Shown here piece after piece: positions 10,137-22,311 of a DNA stretch of 64,000 nt. The stretch is taken from contig OY730414.1 in NCBI GenBank assembly GCA_963422615.1, positions 1,116,001-1,180,000 on the forward strand, in the 5' to 3' direction. The position numbers and the translations under genes were made by a program. The notes beneath the pieces were generated by a model. The model was not told the DNA's origin. It searched no databases and was given only the letters and a program-made list of their open reading frames with translations. Numbering within the stretch: position 1 is the stretch's first letter; every line of letters begins with the position of its first letter. The DNA comes from Longimicrobiales bacterium. Lineage in GTDB: Bacteria > Gemmatimonadota > Gemmatimonadetes > Longimicrobiales > Gaopeijiaceae.

Positions 10137-11318
10137 GTGCCTTCAAGGGAAGGGGGGGCGGGGTCTCGGGTGAGGGATGACGGCGGCGGGCTGCGAGCGG
10201 TCCCCTCCGGCCGCCTCGGCAGTCCGGGTGGAAGGCGGGTCCGCCTGCGGAAGCCGGTTTTGGGCACCGTCGGGGTGGCAATGGTGCTGTGGTTCGGGGC
10301 CGCCTGTTCCCCGGTGTACGTGATCAAGGCCGGATGGGCAGAGGCCAAGATTCTCCGGGCCCGTCAGCCGATCCCGGAAGTGATCCTTTCTCCCGAGACC
10401 GGGGAACGAACCCGGGGCAAGCTGACCCTGGTGCGGGAGGCCAGGGAGTTCGCCAAGACCGAGTTGGGCCTGGATGTGGGCGACAGCTACACCACCTTCG
10501 CCCAAATCGACAGCGATACCCTGGCGATGGTGCTTTCGGCGGCTCCCAGGGACCGGCTCGCGTCCCGAACCTGGTGGTTTCCTGTGGTGGGCCGGGTTCC
10601 CTACAGGGGGTTCTTCGACTTGAACGACGCCCTGGAGGAGCAGAGGAAGCTGGAAGCGGAGGGCTTCGACACCTACCTGCGCCCTACCGCCGCCTTCAGC
10701 ACTCTGGGGTGGTTTTCCGATCCCGTCCTCTCTACCCTCCTGCGGTACGACGAGGTGGAGTTGGTGACGACGGTCATCCACGAACTTTCCCATAACCACC
10801 TTTTCGTTCCGGGTCGCGTTCGCTTCAACGAGAGCTTTGCGACCTGGGTGGGCAGGGTCGGCAGCATGCAGTTCTTCTGCAGTCGGCCTGGCGGGGGTCC
10901 GAACACGGTGTGGTGTGCCCGCGCCCGGGACCGGTGGCACGACGTCCAGCTCTTTTCGACGTTCATTGACGGGTTGGTGGAGGCGCTAGAAGGGGTGTAC
11001 GGAGATTCCGCCGCCACCTTCCAGGAGAAGATCCACGCTCGCCAAGAGGTGTTCGTCCGGCACCGGGAGCGTTTCCGGGCGGAAGTTCGGCCTCGCCTCC
11101 GGTCCCTCACCTTCGGGAGCTTCGAGACCCTGCCCCTCAACAACGCCACGCTCCTGAGCCGAATGCGGTACTACCACCGCCTTCCCGCCTTCGGCCGCTT
11201 CCTCGAACTGCATGGAGGCTCCCTCTTCCGGGCCGTACGGGAGATCCAGGCAGGTTTGGAGGAAACGGACGACCCCTTCGGTCTCCTTCCCTCCCCGGGC
11301 GGTGCCGGTACCGGCTAG
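10137..11318 (+). CDS. Putative zinc aminopeptidase (lipoprotein)
   Basis: WWFPVVGRVPYRGFF, AFSTLGWFSDP, HELSH...FNESFA zincin motif, lipobox-like GAAC. The real start may be nearer 10281. Confidence 0.85.
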   Translation: MPSREGGAGSRVRDDGGGLRAVPSGRLGSPGGRRVRLRKPVLGTVGVAMVLWFGAACSPVYVIKAGWAEAKILRARQPIPEVILSPETGERTRGKLTLVREAREFAKTELGLDVGDSYTTFAQIDSDTLAMVLSAAPRDRLASRTWWFPVVGRVPYRGFFDLNDALEEQRKLEAEGFDTYLRPTAAFSTLGWFSDPVLSTLLRYDEVELVTTVIHELSHNHLFVPGRVRFNESFATWVGRVGSMQFFCSRPGGGPNTVWCARARDRWHDVQLFSTFIDGLVEALEGVYGDSAATFQEKIHARQEVFVRHRERFRAEVRPRLRSLTFGSFETLPLNNATLLSRMRYYHRLPAFGRFLELHGGSLFRAVREIQAGLEETDDPFGLLPSPGGAGTG

Positions 11319-11575
11319 ATTCGAAGCCTCAGGCGGCTCTCGCCTGGCTTGGTGGGGGCGTTGGGGTCCGGCTTGTCGCCCCGGCCGTACCCTCCCGCTT
11401 GGCGCGGCCGCTCCCCCGCACCGGTTCGGCTCCCGGACTGCAAAACATCCGCGCCTATTGTATTTTCCCTTGAGGTCCACGCCCAGACGGATCCGGTGCC
11501 GCCGAAACTTCGGCTGGCCCGATTCTGTCCCCCGTAAGCCGGAACCGAGCGCCCTGTCCAGTCCGATGCCACGGC

Positions 11576-14059
11576 ATGTCCAAGCACGCTGACCGAGCCT
11601 ACGACCCCGCCGCCATCGAACGAAAATGGCAGGATGCGTGGGACCGCAACGGCACCAACGCCTTCACCTTAGACCAACTCCGCACGGCCAGGCGGCCCTT
11701 CTTCAACCTCATGATGTTCCCCTACCCCTCCGCCGAGGGGCTCCATGTGGGCAACATCTACGCTTTCACCGGGGCCGACGTCCACGGGCGCTTCAAGCGG
11801 ATGCAGGGCCACGATGTCTTCGAACCCATCGGCTTCGACGCCTTCGGAATCCACTCCGAGAACTTCGCGCTGAAGACGGGCATCCACCCCATGGAGCTGA
11901 TCCCCGCCAACGTGGCCAACTTCCGCCGTCAGCTCCGCCGAATCGGAGGCATGTTCGACTGGAACCACACGGTCGACACAACCGATCCCCGGTATTACAA
12001 GTGGACCCAGTGGCTCTTTCTCCAGCTCTTCAAACGGGGGTTGGCGGAGCAGAAGGAAGCCCCGGTCAACTGGTGCCCTTCCGACATGACCGTCCTGGCC
12101 AACGAGCAAGTGATCGCCGGGATGTGCGAGCGCTGCGGCACCCCGGTCGAGCAGCGGCGCATTCGCCAGTGGTTCTTCAGGATCACGGACTACGCAGGCC
12201 GACTCCTGGAGAACCTGGATCACATCGACTGGTCCGCGTCCACCTTGAAGGCACAGAGCAACTGGATCGGGCGCTCCGAAGGCGCCGAACTCCGCTTCCC
12301 CGTTGTCCCGGATGGGGGTGGGAAGGCAGCCCACCCGGGCACCGGAGCCGTGATTTCCGTTTTCACCACGCGTCCCGACACCGTGTTCGGAGCCTCCTAC
12401 GTGGTCCTGGCGCCGGAGCATCCCATGGTCGACCAGGTCACTTCCGGCCCCTTCCGGGAAGCGGTGGGCGACTACCGAACCCGGGCGAGGGAGATGGACC
12501 TGGTTACCCGCCAGAAGGCCGGCAAGGAGAAGACCGGTATGTTCACGGGGGGGTACTGTATCAATCCCGCCACCCGGAAGCCCGTTCCCGTGTGGATCGC
12601 CGACTACGTGCTCATGGACTACGGGACAGGCGCGATCATGGCGGTGCCCGGTCACGACCAACGGGATTACGAGTTCGCCTCCCGCTTCGATCTTCCCATC
12701 GTCCGGGTGGTGGCGGCTCCGGGAGAAGCCGGGGATACCTCCGGGGTTGAGGCCTACGAGGAACCCGTCGGAACCTTGGTGAATTCAGGTTCTTACAACG
12801 GCACGCCCGTTCGGGAAGCGAAGCTGGCCATCGTGGACGACCTGGCCGCCCGGGGGAAGGCGGAGCGCAAGGTGAACTATCGTCTTCACGACTGGTGCAT
12901 TTCCCGCCAGCGGTACTGGGGTCCTCCGATTCCCGTCATCCACTGCGATCACTGCGGGGTGGTGCCGGTTCCCGAAGAGGACCTTCCCGTCGTGTTGCCC
13001 CGGGTGGAAGACTTCCGCCCCGACCCGTCGGGCGTGAGTCCCTTGGCCCGGGTTCGGGACTGGTACGAGGTGCCGTGTCCCTCGTGCGGCGGAGACGCCG
13101 TCCGGGAAACCGATGTATCGGACACCTTCCTGGACAGCGCCTGGTACTTCCTTCGCTACCCGTCGGCGGACTTCGGCGACCGGGCCTTCGACGAAGCGGT
13201 CACCGGGCGTTGGCTCCCCGTAGACGCCTACATCGGAGGAAACGAGCACGCGGTGCTCCACCTCCTCTACTCCCGGTTTGTCGTCATGGCGCTCCACGAC
13301 ATGGGGCACCTTGACTTCGAAGAGCCCTACAAGCGGTTCCGCGCCCACGGCCTGATCATCCGTGACGGCGCCAAGATGTCCAAGAGCAAGGGGAACGTGA
13401 TCATCCCCGACCCCATCATCGAGCGGTACGGGGCGGACACCTTCCGCCTCTACCTCATGTTTTTGGGGCCGTTCATGGAGGGCGGTGACTACCAGGACAA
13501 GGGGATTTCGGGCCCCCGGGGGTTTCTGCACCGCCTTTGGGAGTCGATCGTGCCCAGAGACGGGGCGCTTCCGACGGATCCCCCCGACCGGGAGGTGGAG
13601 CGAAGGCTTCACCAGACCATTCGACAGGTCACCGAACAGGTGGCCGACCTACGGTACAACACGGCCATCGCCGCCATGATGGCGTACCTCAACGTGGCTA
13701 GAGCAAGGGGCCGAACCCCGCGCCGGGACGAGATTGAACCACTGGTCCGCCTCGCGGCTCCCTTCGTTCCCCACATTGCCGAAGAGCTCTGGCAACGCCT
13801 GGGGAATGACGGGAGCATCTTCGACGGGGCCCGCTGGCCCGGCTATGACCCCGCCAAGGCGGCGGAGAACCGTGTCCGCGTTGCCGTGCAGGTGAATGGC
13901 AGGGTCCGGGGCACGGTGTTGACGCCTGCGGGATCGGACCGGGAGGAAGTGGCGGCCCTGGCCCAAGCCGAGAGCAACGTGGCCCGTCACCTGGACGGGG
14001 CGGAGGTCCGGCGCATTATTCACGTTCAGGACCGTCTCCTGAACTTTGTGGTTGGCTGA
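11576..14059 (+). CDS. leuS: Leucine--tRNA ligase
   Basis: MFPYPSAEGLHVGN (HIGH), KMSKS, FTTRPDT, GTGAIMAVPGHDQRD editing motif, DWCISRQRYWG. Confidence 0.98.
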   Translation: MSKHADRAYDPAAIERKWQDAWDRNGTNAFTLDQLRTARRPFFNLMMFPYPSAEGLHVGNIYAFTGADVHGRFKRMQGHDVFEPIGFDAFGIHSENFALKTGIHPMELIPANVANFRRQLRRIGGMFDWNHTVDTTDPRYYKWTQWLFLQLFKRGLAEQKEAPVNWCPSDMTVLANEQVIAGMCERCGTPVEQRRIRQWFFRITDYAGRLLENLDHIDWSASTLKAQSNWIGRSEGAELRFPVVPDGGGKAAHPGTGAVISVFTTRPDTVFGASYVVLAPEHPMVDQVTSGPFREAVGDYRTRAREMDLVTRQKAGKEKTGMFTGGYCINPATRKPVPVWIADYVLMDYGTGAIMAVPGHDQRDYEFASRFDLPIVRVVAAPGEAGDTSGVEAYEEPVGTLVNSGSYNGTPVREAKLAIVDDLAARGKAERKVNYRLHDWCISRQRYWGPPIPVIHCDHCGVVPVPEEDLPVVLPRVEDFRPDPSGVSPLARVRDWYEVPCPSCGGDAVRETDVSDTFLDSAWYFLRYPSADFGDRAFDEAVTGRWLPVDAYIGGNEHAVLHLLYSRFVVMALHDMGHLDFEEPYKRFRAHGLIIRDGAKMSKSKGNVIIPDPIIERYGADTFRLYLMFLGPFMEGGDYQDKGISGPRGFLHRLWESIVPRDGALPTDPPDREVERRLHQTIRQVTEQVADLRYNTAIAAMMAYLNVARARGRTPRRDEIEPLVRLAAPFVPHIAEELWQRLGNDGSIFDGARWPGYDPAKAAENRVRVAVQVNGRVRGTVLTPAGSDREEVAALAQAESNVARHLDGAEVRRIIHVQDRLLNFVVG

Positions 14060-14062
14060 GCC

Positions 14063-16084
<2,022 letters not shown>

Positions 16085-16221
16085 TCCGGAGCTCTTGGCC
16101 TACTCACCGGGAGGGCTTGCCGCCTTCGCCCCTCGCCTGCAAGGGACGGCAGAACGAACATTCGGACGGCGATAGGGGTCTCTATAATCCATGAGGGGGA
16201 CAAGCGTTGCTCCCGGGCGGG

Positions 16222-18327
16222 ATGGATGATGACACGAAAATGACCGACCTGTACATGCCTGCGATTCGGGGCTTTGCCCGCCGGATCGCGACCCCCGGTT
16301 TGATCCTGGCCGCACACGCAGCCCCCGCCTTGGCCCAGGACACCACGTCCGTCGTGCCGATTCGCGGCCTCCGGGTCGAAGTGCCTCGGCCGACCACCAC
16401 GACGGGGGGAACCAGTGCCGTCGAAGTATCCCTTGACTCCGCCGGCTCGGTGGCGGCGCCGACCATGGAGGAGTTCTTGCGCAGGATGCCCTTGATCGAG
16501 ATCAGGGCCAACTCCCGGGGAGAAGCCCAGCCCAATCTGCGGGGCGCGGAGGACCGGCAGATCGCCATTTTTCTGGACGGCATCCCGCTTACCGTGGGGT
16601 GGGATCACCGAACCGACATGTCCGTCATTCCCCTCACCGCAGTGCGGAAGCTGGTCATTCTTCGGGGCCTTTCTTCCATGCTTCACGGACCCAACGTGCT
16701 GGGGGGCGCGCTAGAGTTCGACGTGGCCCGGGGCGCTTCCCTTCAGGCTCCGCCTCCTTCGGTCACGGGAGCCCTCGCCCTTGACCAGGAAGGGGGGACG
16801 AGCGCCACGGCAGCCGGGGCGGCGTTTTTCGAGCGGGACTTTTCCACCTGGGTGGTAAGGAGCGGGATCGGGTATCGGGACAGGCCCGGGGTCACGCTTC
16901 CGGAGGGAGCCCGGGCCGATCCGTTATTGAACCGGGAGCTTTTGGCCGGGGAGGACGGACTTCGCCTCAACTCGGATCGGCGGCAGTGGGACGGATTCTT
17001 CTCGACCCGGTATCAGGGCTTCGAAGGCACCTGGTTTTCCGGCTTGCTTTCCGGCTACGACACGGACCGGGGGGTTCCTCCGGAAGCCCACGTCTCCGAT
17101 CCTCGCCTCTGGCGATATCCGGGCCAGACCCGGGTGTTCGTAGCCCTTTCGGGCGGTTCCGGAGAACGGTTGACGAGGTTCGGAAGGGGAGATGTAGAGG
17201 GCAGCTTCGGCCTGGACCGGTCCACCACGGAAATCGAAGCGTACGCGTCCCCCGCCTACCGTACCCCCGTGGACGGGGAGATCGGGGAGACCTTGACGCT
17301 CACGGGGCGCCTATTGGGCGACCACCTCTTCGATGCCCTGGGGGAAGTGCGGAGCGCGCTAACCTTCTCGGACGTGCGCCACACCGAGCGCTTTCTTTCG
17401 GGGCAGACGTTCGATTACGAGCAGCGTCTGTGGAGCCTGGCAGGCGAAGTTGAGATTGAGAGCCTGAGAATTGCCGGGGGTGAGAGAGGTGGGGACGGGG
17501 AGAGCGGGACCCGTTGGACCCTGGGCGCGGCGCTGGACGGCTCCGACACACCCCGGTCGGGAGACAAGGAGGCCCTGGGCACCCTGTGGGAGTGGGGTGT
17601 GCGCACAGGGGTCACCCGGTCGGCCCACGGGGGGCATGTCCTGTACCATGTCGGCTTGAGCCGCCGCACCCGTTTCCCTTCTCTCAGGGAGCTCTATTCG
17701 GGGGCTCTGGGGCGCTTCCAACCCAATCCTGGCCTGCGTCCCGAGAGCCTGAGAGCTGCCGAAGCCGGCATGACCGTCGAAGCCGACGACGTCCGCTTCC
17801 AGATGGTCGGATTCAAACACCATCTCAGCGACGGGATCGTCCGCAGTCGAACGGTTACGCCGGAGGGGGTTCGGTTTCAGAGGGTCAACCGAGACCAGGT
17901 TCGTTCCATGGGGCTGGAGATCCTCGCGGCTGCGGCCCGAAGCCGGTTTTCTTTCGGGGGGGACCTGACGCTGCAGCGGGTTCGCCTGCTGGACCCGGCG
18001 ATCCCTGGGGGCGACCAACCGGCCGAATACGAGCCCGCGGTGTCGGGAACCCTGAACCTGAGTGTAGACGGACCCCGGCGGGTCAGCGTGAATGCCTTCT
18101 TCCGCTTCCGGGGGGCTCAGTTCTGCGAAAGCGTGGATTCGCCGGGGCGAGACGAGCTGGATTCCAGTGCCACCTTCGATGTGGAAGCCCGTCGCACTTT
18201 TTTCTCCGGAAGGAGCCGGGTGGAGGGGATCGTCGGGCTGGCGAATCTCGCGGACGCCACGGTGCAAGATCAGTGTGGCCTGCCGCAGCCCGGTCGCACT
18301 TTGCGGATTCAGGTGAATTTGCGGTAG
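16222..18327 (+). CDS. TonB-dependent receptor
   Basis: Plug motifs (NSRGE, IFLDGIPL, LHGPNVLGGAL), FPSLRELY, NPGLRPE and terminal PGRTLRIQVNLR. Start is uncertain (16207/16222/16240). Confidence 0.88.
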   Translation: MDDDTKMTDLYMPAIRGFARRIATPGLILAAHAAPALAQDTTSVVPIRGLRVEVPRPTTTTGGTSAVEVSLDSAGSVAAPTMEEFLRRMPLIEIRANSRGEAQPNLRGAEDRQIAIFLDGIPLTVGWDHRTDMSVIPLTAVRKLVILRGLSSMLHGPNVLGGALEFDVARGASLQAPPPSVTGALALDQEGGTSATAAGAAFFERDFSTWVVRSGIGYRDRPGVTLPEGARADPLLNRELLAGEDGLRLNSDRRQWDGFFSTRYQGFEGTWFSGLLSGYDTDRGVPPEAHVSDPRLWRYPGQTRVFVALSGGSGERLTRFGRGDVEGSFGLDRSTTEIEAYASPAYRTPVDGEIGETLTLTGRLLGDHLFDALGEVRSALTFSDVRHTERFLSGQTFDYEQRLWSLAGEVEIESLRIAGGERGGDGESGTRWTLGAALDGSDTPRSGDKEALGTLWEWGVRTGVTRSAHGGHVLYHVGLSRRTRFPSLRELYSGALGRFQPNPGLRPESLRAAEAGMTVEADDVRFQMVGFKHHLSDGIVRSRTVTPEGVRFQRVNRDQVRSMGLEILAAAARSRFSFGGDLTLQRVRLLDPAIPGGDQPAEYEPAVSGTLNLSVDGPRRVSVNAFFRFRGAQFCESVDSPGRDELDSSATFDVEARRTFFSGRSRVEGIVGLANLADATVQDQCGLPQPGRTLRIQVNLR

Positions 18328-18473
18328 GGGGAAGGACCGTGCCGGAGCCGGATATCCGGCTACTTCGGAAACGAACCCTTAACACCGCCTTGGCCTTCCC
18401 GGGCCGGGCCATCGCAGGGGCGCGTCGCTGGTTTGCAGATCTTGTCCCCGGTGCCGCTTTATTGATGTTTTAG

Positions 18474-18534
18474 TTGCGCGTTTTATTGCCACTGCCATAG
18501 TATAGAACCTGGAATGGGAGTCTGACCTCAGACT
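18474..18534 (+). promoter_or_regulatory. Candidate sigma70 promoter plus inverted repeat at the left edge of the defence island
   Basis: AT-rich patch with TTGCGC (18474-79), 18-nt spacer and TAGTAT (18498-503). Inverted repeat AGTCTGA-cc-TCAGACT at 18519-18534. Confidence 0.4.
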
Positions 18535-18634
18535 TTGAACCTTAACCCTAAGTAAGAAAAGCGGTGGCGTTTAACCTTTGCTTCTTGCTGGCCGGCCGCC
18601 CAGACCCAATAAACCCCATGGTCGGGGGCCGCCG

Positions 18635-20467
18635 GTGAAGGGGAGCCAGAACCGGGTCGATTGGCTGCGCCACCTTCTGGAGTCGTACCCAGGTTCCAGG
18701 TGGGGAAACCGTGAAACGCGCGGCCTGGACACGCAATTCGCGAAGCGCACCTACGTCGCGACGGAACTCGAGAGGACCCTGCTCGATGAAATCCGGGCCC
18801 GAACAGTCCGGCTCGTTGTCCTTTGCGGAAACGCCGGCGACGGCAAAACGGCGTTGCTTCAGCAACTCGCCCGCGAGTTAGGGCTCAACCCCAAACATTC
18901 GGCGGAGCGAATTTTCGATGGGGTCGTCCAAGATGGCTTGCGGGTTCGCATGAATCTGGATGGTTCCGCAGCCTGGAAGGGGCGCTCGGCGGACGAACTC
19001 CTGGACGAGTTTCTGGAACCCTTCCAACAGGGCGCACCGCGCGAAGATATCGTGCACCTCCTTGCGATCAACGACGGCCGCCTGCTGGAGTGGATCGAGC
19101 GGGGTCCGCAGACGCCGCTCAAGCAGGCGCTCGCCGACCGCATGGAAGACGAAGCCAAGATGTCTGCACACCCACACCCACACCTCCACTTCTACAACCT
19201 CAACGAACGGTCTCATGTGGGCGGCGTTTCGGGGGACCGGAGCCGGATCGAGACCCACTTCCTGGAAAGGTTGCTGGATCGCCTCTATGGCGGAGCCGAG
19301 GCCAAGGAGATCTGGGAGCCGTGTATCACGTGCTCGGCTCAGGAAAGTTGTGGGGTGTACGGGGCCACCAAGGTCTTCGGACCCGAAGGGTTGCCGAATT
19401 CGGCGGCTGCCAAGGTGCGGACTCGGGCTCGGGAGCGCCTCTTTGAGGCCTTGCAAGCGGTTCACTTCCGGGGGAAAACCCACATCACGATCCGAGAGTT
19501 ACGGGGGGCCCTGGTCTACATCCTCTTCGGAACCCACTTCTGTCAGGACTATCACGAAGAGACCCACGCTCGAGAAGCAGACGAAGCTCCGGTGCCCTAT
19601 TGGGACCGGGCATTCTCACCGAAGGCGCCTGACCGCCAGGGGGAAGTGCTTGCAGAGCTGGTTCGCCTGGACCCGGCCCTCGAAGCCCACCCGAAAATCG
19701 ACCGCAAGCTTCTCCACACGCTCAAGATGGAGGACCGGGAGAATCCCGCCCGCTTGGGCTCCGCCCGGCGGCGAGCCTACTTCGAGTGGACGGAAGAAGA
19801 GATCAAGGAGGCTGGCGGCAAGGGACCCGCCTCCGCCACGGAAGGCGCAGTCGGACTGGGGCTGGCCCGGGGCCGACACCTGCACCGCTTCCGAAACCTC
19901 CCTCTTCTGGACGAGACCGACATCCGGCATTTGTGCGCCGACCTGTGCCGGGGACTTGCCCACTTGGGGGATCTGCCCACCCAGGCCCTTGACCGCACGG
20001 AAGTCGTGCCCCTGCGCATTTCTCCGCAAACCCCCACCGAAACCGCCTTCTGGTCGGAGAAGTCCTTCGACCGTTTCCGGCTTGAAACCGAACTCGCCCC
20101 TCCGCCCCCGGACGACGGACGGCTATCCCCGGGCCTCATCGAACGGTTGCACCGGCAAGCCTTCCTGATCTACCGCTACACGGACGGCAGAGAGGAACGG
20201 CTGCGCCTGGGCGCCAACCTCTTTCACCATCTCCTGGAGCTCGGCGAAGGGGTTCAGCTGGGAGACGTTTCGACCGACGGGACCTTTGCCAACGTGTCGA
20301 GCTTTTTGCAGCGTCTGGTCCGGGAAGACGACCGGGAGCTCCGGGCCTGGAACCCAATAAACGAGGGTGTCTACGATCTGGCGGCAACGATTGATTACGT
20401 CTCCGGCAAACCCCGCCAGCGGTTGTTGATTCGGGCGGTGACCGGAGCAGAGGAGTGGGTTGAATGA
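18635..20467 (+). CDS. DndF/SspF/MAD6-C-terminal-like P-loop protein
   Basis: Walker A LCGNAGDGKT, LLAINDGRL, TIRELRGAL, LVRLDPA and a CxxC...C cluster. First gene of an F-G-H-like triplet. GTG 18635 chosen; the ORF is open from 18578. Confidence 0.65.
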   Translation: MKGSQNRVDWLRHLLESYPGSRWGNRETRGLDTQFAKRTYVATELERTLLDEIRARTVRLVVLCGNAGDGKTALLQQLARELGLNPKHSAERIFDGVVQDGLRVRMNLDGSAAWKGRSADELLDEFLEPFQQGAPREDIVHLLAINDGRLLEWIERGPQTPLKQALADRMEDEAKMSAHPHPHLHFYNLNERSHVGGVSGDRSRIETHFLERLLDRLYGGAEAKEIWEPCITCSAQESCGVYGATKVFGPEGLPNSAAAKVRTRARERLFEALQAVHFRGKTHITIRELRGALVYILFGTHFCQDYHEETHAREADEAPVPYWDRAFSPKAPDRQGEVLAELVRLDPALEAHPKIDRKLLHTLKMEDRENPARLGSARRRAYFEWTEEEIKEAGGKGPASATEGAVGLGLARGRHLHRFRNLPLLDETDIRHLCADLCRGLAHLGDLPTQALDRTEVVPLRISPQTPTETAFWSEKSFDRFRLETELAPPPPDDGRLSPGLIERLHRQAFLIYRYTDGREERLRLGANLFHHLLELGEGVQLGDVSTDGTFANVSSFLQRLVREDDRELRAWNPINEGVYDLAATIDYVSGKPRQRLLIRAVTGAEEWVE

Positions 20468-22305
20468 AGGCTTCGACGCCCCCGAAGCAGGTCGCCGCCG
20501 ACGTGCTTTCCCCGAAGATGGCCAAGGAGATCTGGAGCGGAAACTACGACAAGGTGCTGCCGGTCTCGGTCCAGCACTTCGACCTGTCGGCCGTGCTCCC
20601 GGCGATCTTCTACATGTTCCGCTTCGGCCACCGGCGCGGCAAGGGCAAGTTTTTGGACATCTTCGGACCCGCCGAAGGGACGGTGCCGCAGCGAAGGCGA
20701 AAGACGACCGTAGAAGCGGTGGCGAAGACCCTGGCCGGGGACGGCGATGGCGATTTCCAGGGCTTTGACGGCGAAGCCGAACGAGCCATTCTGGGCGACC
20801 TTTTTTTGTGCTTTTGCCTGGAAAACAGACGGTACGCGCTGGGGCGGGGGAAGCAGATTCAGCGCATAACCCCCACCCACTACCTGGCCGCCTGGGTGGA
20901 TCTGCCGGACACGGTTGTACACCTCCGCTATGTGCCCGAGCTGATCACGGCGATGCTCGCCAACCAGGCCAAGAACGCGCACATCAAAGAGAGCGGAAAG
21001 GCTCCCAAACAGACCTTCTTTCCGGTCGTCGGTCGCTCCGAAGGAAACCTCTTCGCCGACAACCTCCTTTTGAAGGCCTTCGGACAGGGGATGAGCCACG
21101 GATCGGTGGGGGACCTGACGGCCGACAAATTCGAAGAAGACACCCCGGTCGGCATCGATCAACTCCTGACGATCCGGATCGCCCAGCGGTTGCAGGAACC
21201 GCCCAAAAAAATCCCCGGAAAAGACGCGGGTCGGATCTCCAACCAACACCCCATCGCCGAGCGGGCGGCGCGGGAGTTTTCCGAGGATATCCGTAAGTTC
21301 GTGCGGGAGTACGCGGAGGTCATCCCTAGGCAGGCCTTCGTGGAGATCCTGGAGGCGTGCATGGCGGTCGGCCTGACCACGATCTTCACCAGCGTGGTGG
21401 AAATCGTGCTGGAGTGGGACCGCACCGGAAACGTCACCCCGGGCCACGACCAGAAGCCGGCGGAGATCTTCATTGACTGCTCAATGGGGGTCGACCGGCG
21501 TCTGAGAGCCTCGGCCGAGGAGAGCATGGACGACCTCATGCGACGGGCCGAACGGCTCCCGGTCGTCCTGATGATCCTCCGCCTCCTGGATTACCGGGCC
21601 CGGCACACCCGGAAGATCCACCAACGCGCGGGGAAGATACCGACCCGCCCCTATGCCCGTGAATGGCTCGAGCTTCTGGGGAACATTCTGCACCGTAGGC
21701 ACTCCCAAGCTCCACGGATTCTAAACCGTCTAGAGGACAGCACCGAAGAGTTGGCGGATGAAATCGAAGAGAACTGCCCGGAGTACGGGCGCGCCGCCGA
21801 ACGGTTACGCAACCATGACGTCATCCCCAACCCCGCTCGGCGCCTGGCCGAAGGGCTCACGATTCTGCAGGGTACAGGAGTGCGAAAGAAGTTACATCAA
21901 CTCATCGACTCCGTCCTCTTCGTGAATCGTCCCAACGGGTTGGCGGCCAAACGCACGACGAGGCGCAAGGTGCCGGGGTCTTCCCGCACCCGCCAGCGGC
22001 CGGTGCGGTCCCTGGTCTTCACCGATCCGGTCCTGGAGTACCTCGTCCATCGCCACCTGCTGCCGTCCGGCAGCGGATCGAAGCCGCGGCCGTTGTCGCT
22101 GAAAGCGTTTATCGAACGGATCGGCCAGCGCTACGGCTTCCGGATCGACACACCTCCCCCCGGGATGGCGATTTCGAACGATCTGCTGCAGAAAAACCGC
22201 GGCTATCTGGAGGACCGACTCCGGGACCTGGGCCTCCTGATCGGCGTCAACGACGCGGAAGCGATGAAGCGCCTGAAGCCACGCTTCCGTTCCGAGAACG
22301 GGTAA
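20464..22305 (+). CDS. DndG/SspG/MAD7-like protein
   Basis: 613 aa, 4-bp overlap with the upstream gene, C-terminal LEDRLRDLGLLIGVNDAEAM. Position between the F-like and H-like genes supports the call. Confidence 0.55.
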   Translation: MKASTPPKQVAADVLSPKMAKEIWSGNYDKVLPVSVQHFDLSAVLPAIFYMFRFGHRRGKGKFLDIFGPAEGTVPQRRRKTTVEAVAKTLAGDGDGDFQGFDGEAERAILGDLFLCFCLENRRYALGRGKQIQRITPTHYLAAWVDLPDTVVHLRYVPELITAMLANQAKNAHIKESGKAPKQTFFPVVGRSEGNLFADNLLLKAFGQGMSHGSVGDLTADKFEEDTPVGIDQLLTIRIAQRLQEPPKKIPGKDAGRISNQHPIAERAAREFSEDIRKFVREYAEVIPRQAFVEILEACMAVGLTTIFTSVVEIVLEWDRTGNVTPGHDQKPAEIFIDCSMGVDRRLRASAEESMDDLMRRAERLPVVLMILRLLDYRARHTRKIHQRAGKIPTRPYAREWLELLGNILHRRHSQAPRILNRLEDSTEELADEIEENCPEYGRAAERLRNHDVIPNPARRLAEGLTILQGTGVRKKLHQLIDSVLFVNRPNGLAAKRTTRRKVPGSSRTRQRPVRSLVFTDPVLEYLVHRHLLPSGSGSKPRPLSLKAFIERIGQRYGFRIDTPPPGMAISNDLLQKNRGYLEDRLRDLGLLIGVNDAEAMKRLKPRFRSENG

Positions 22306-22311
22306 GCGATC

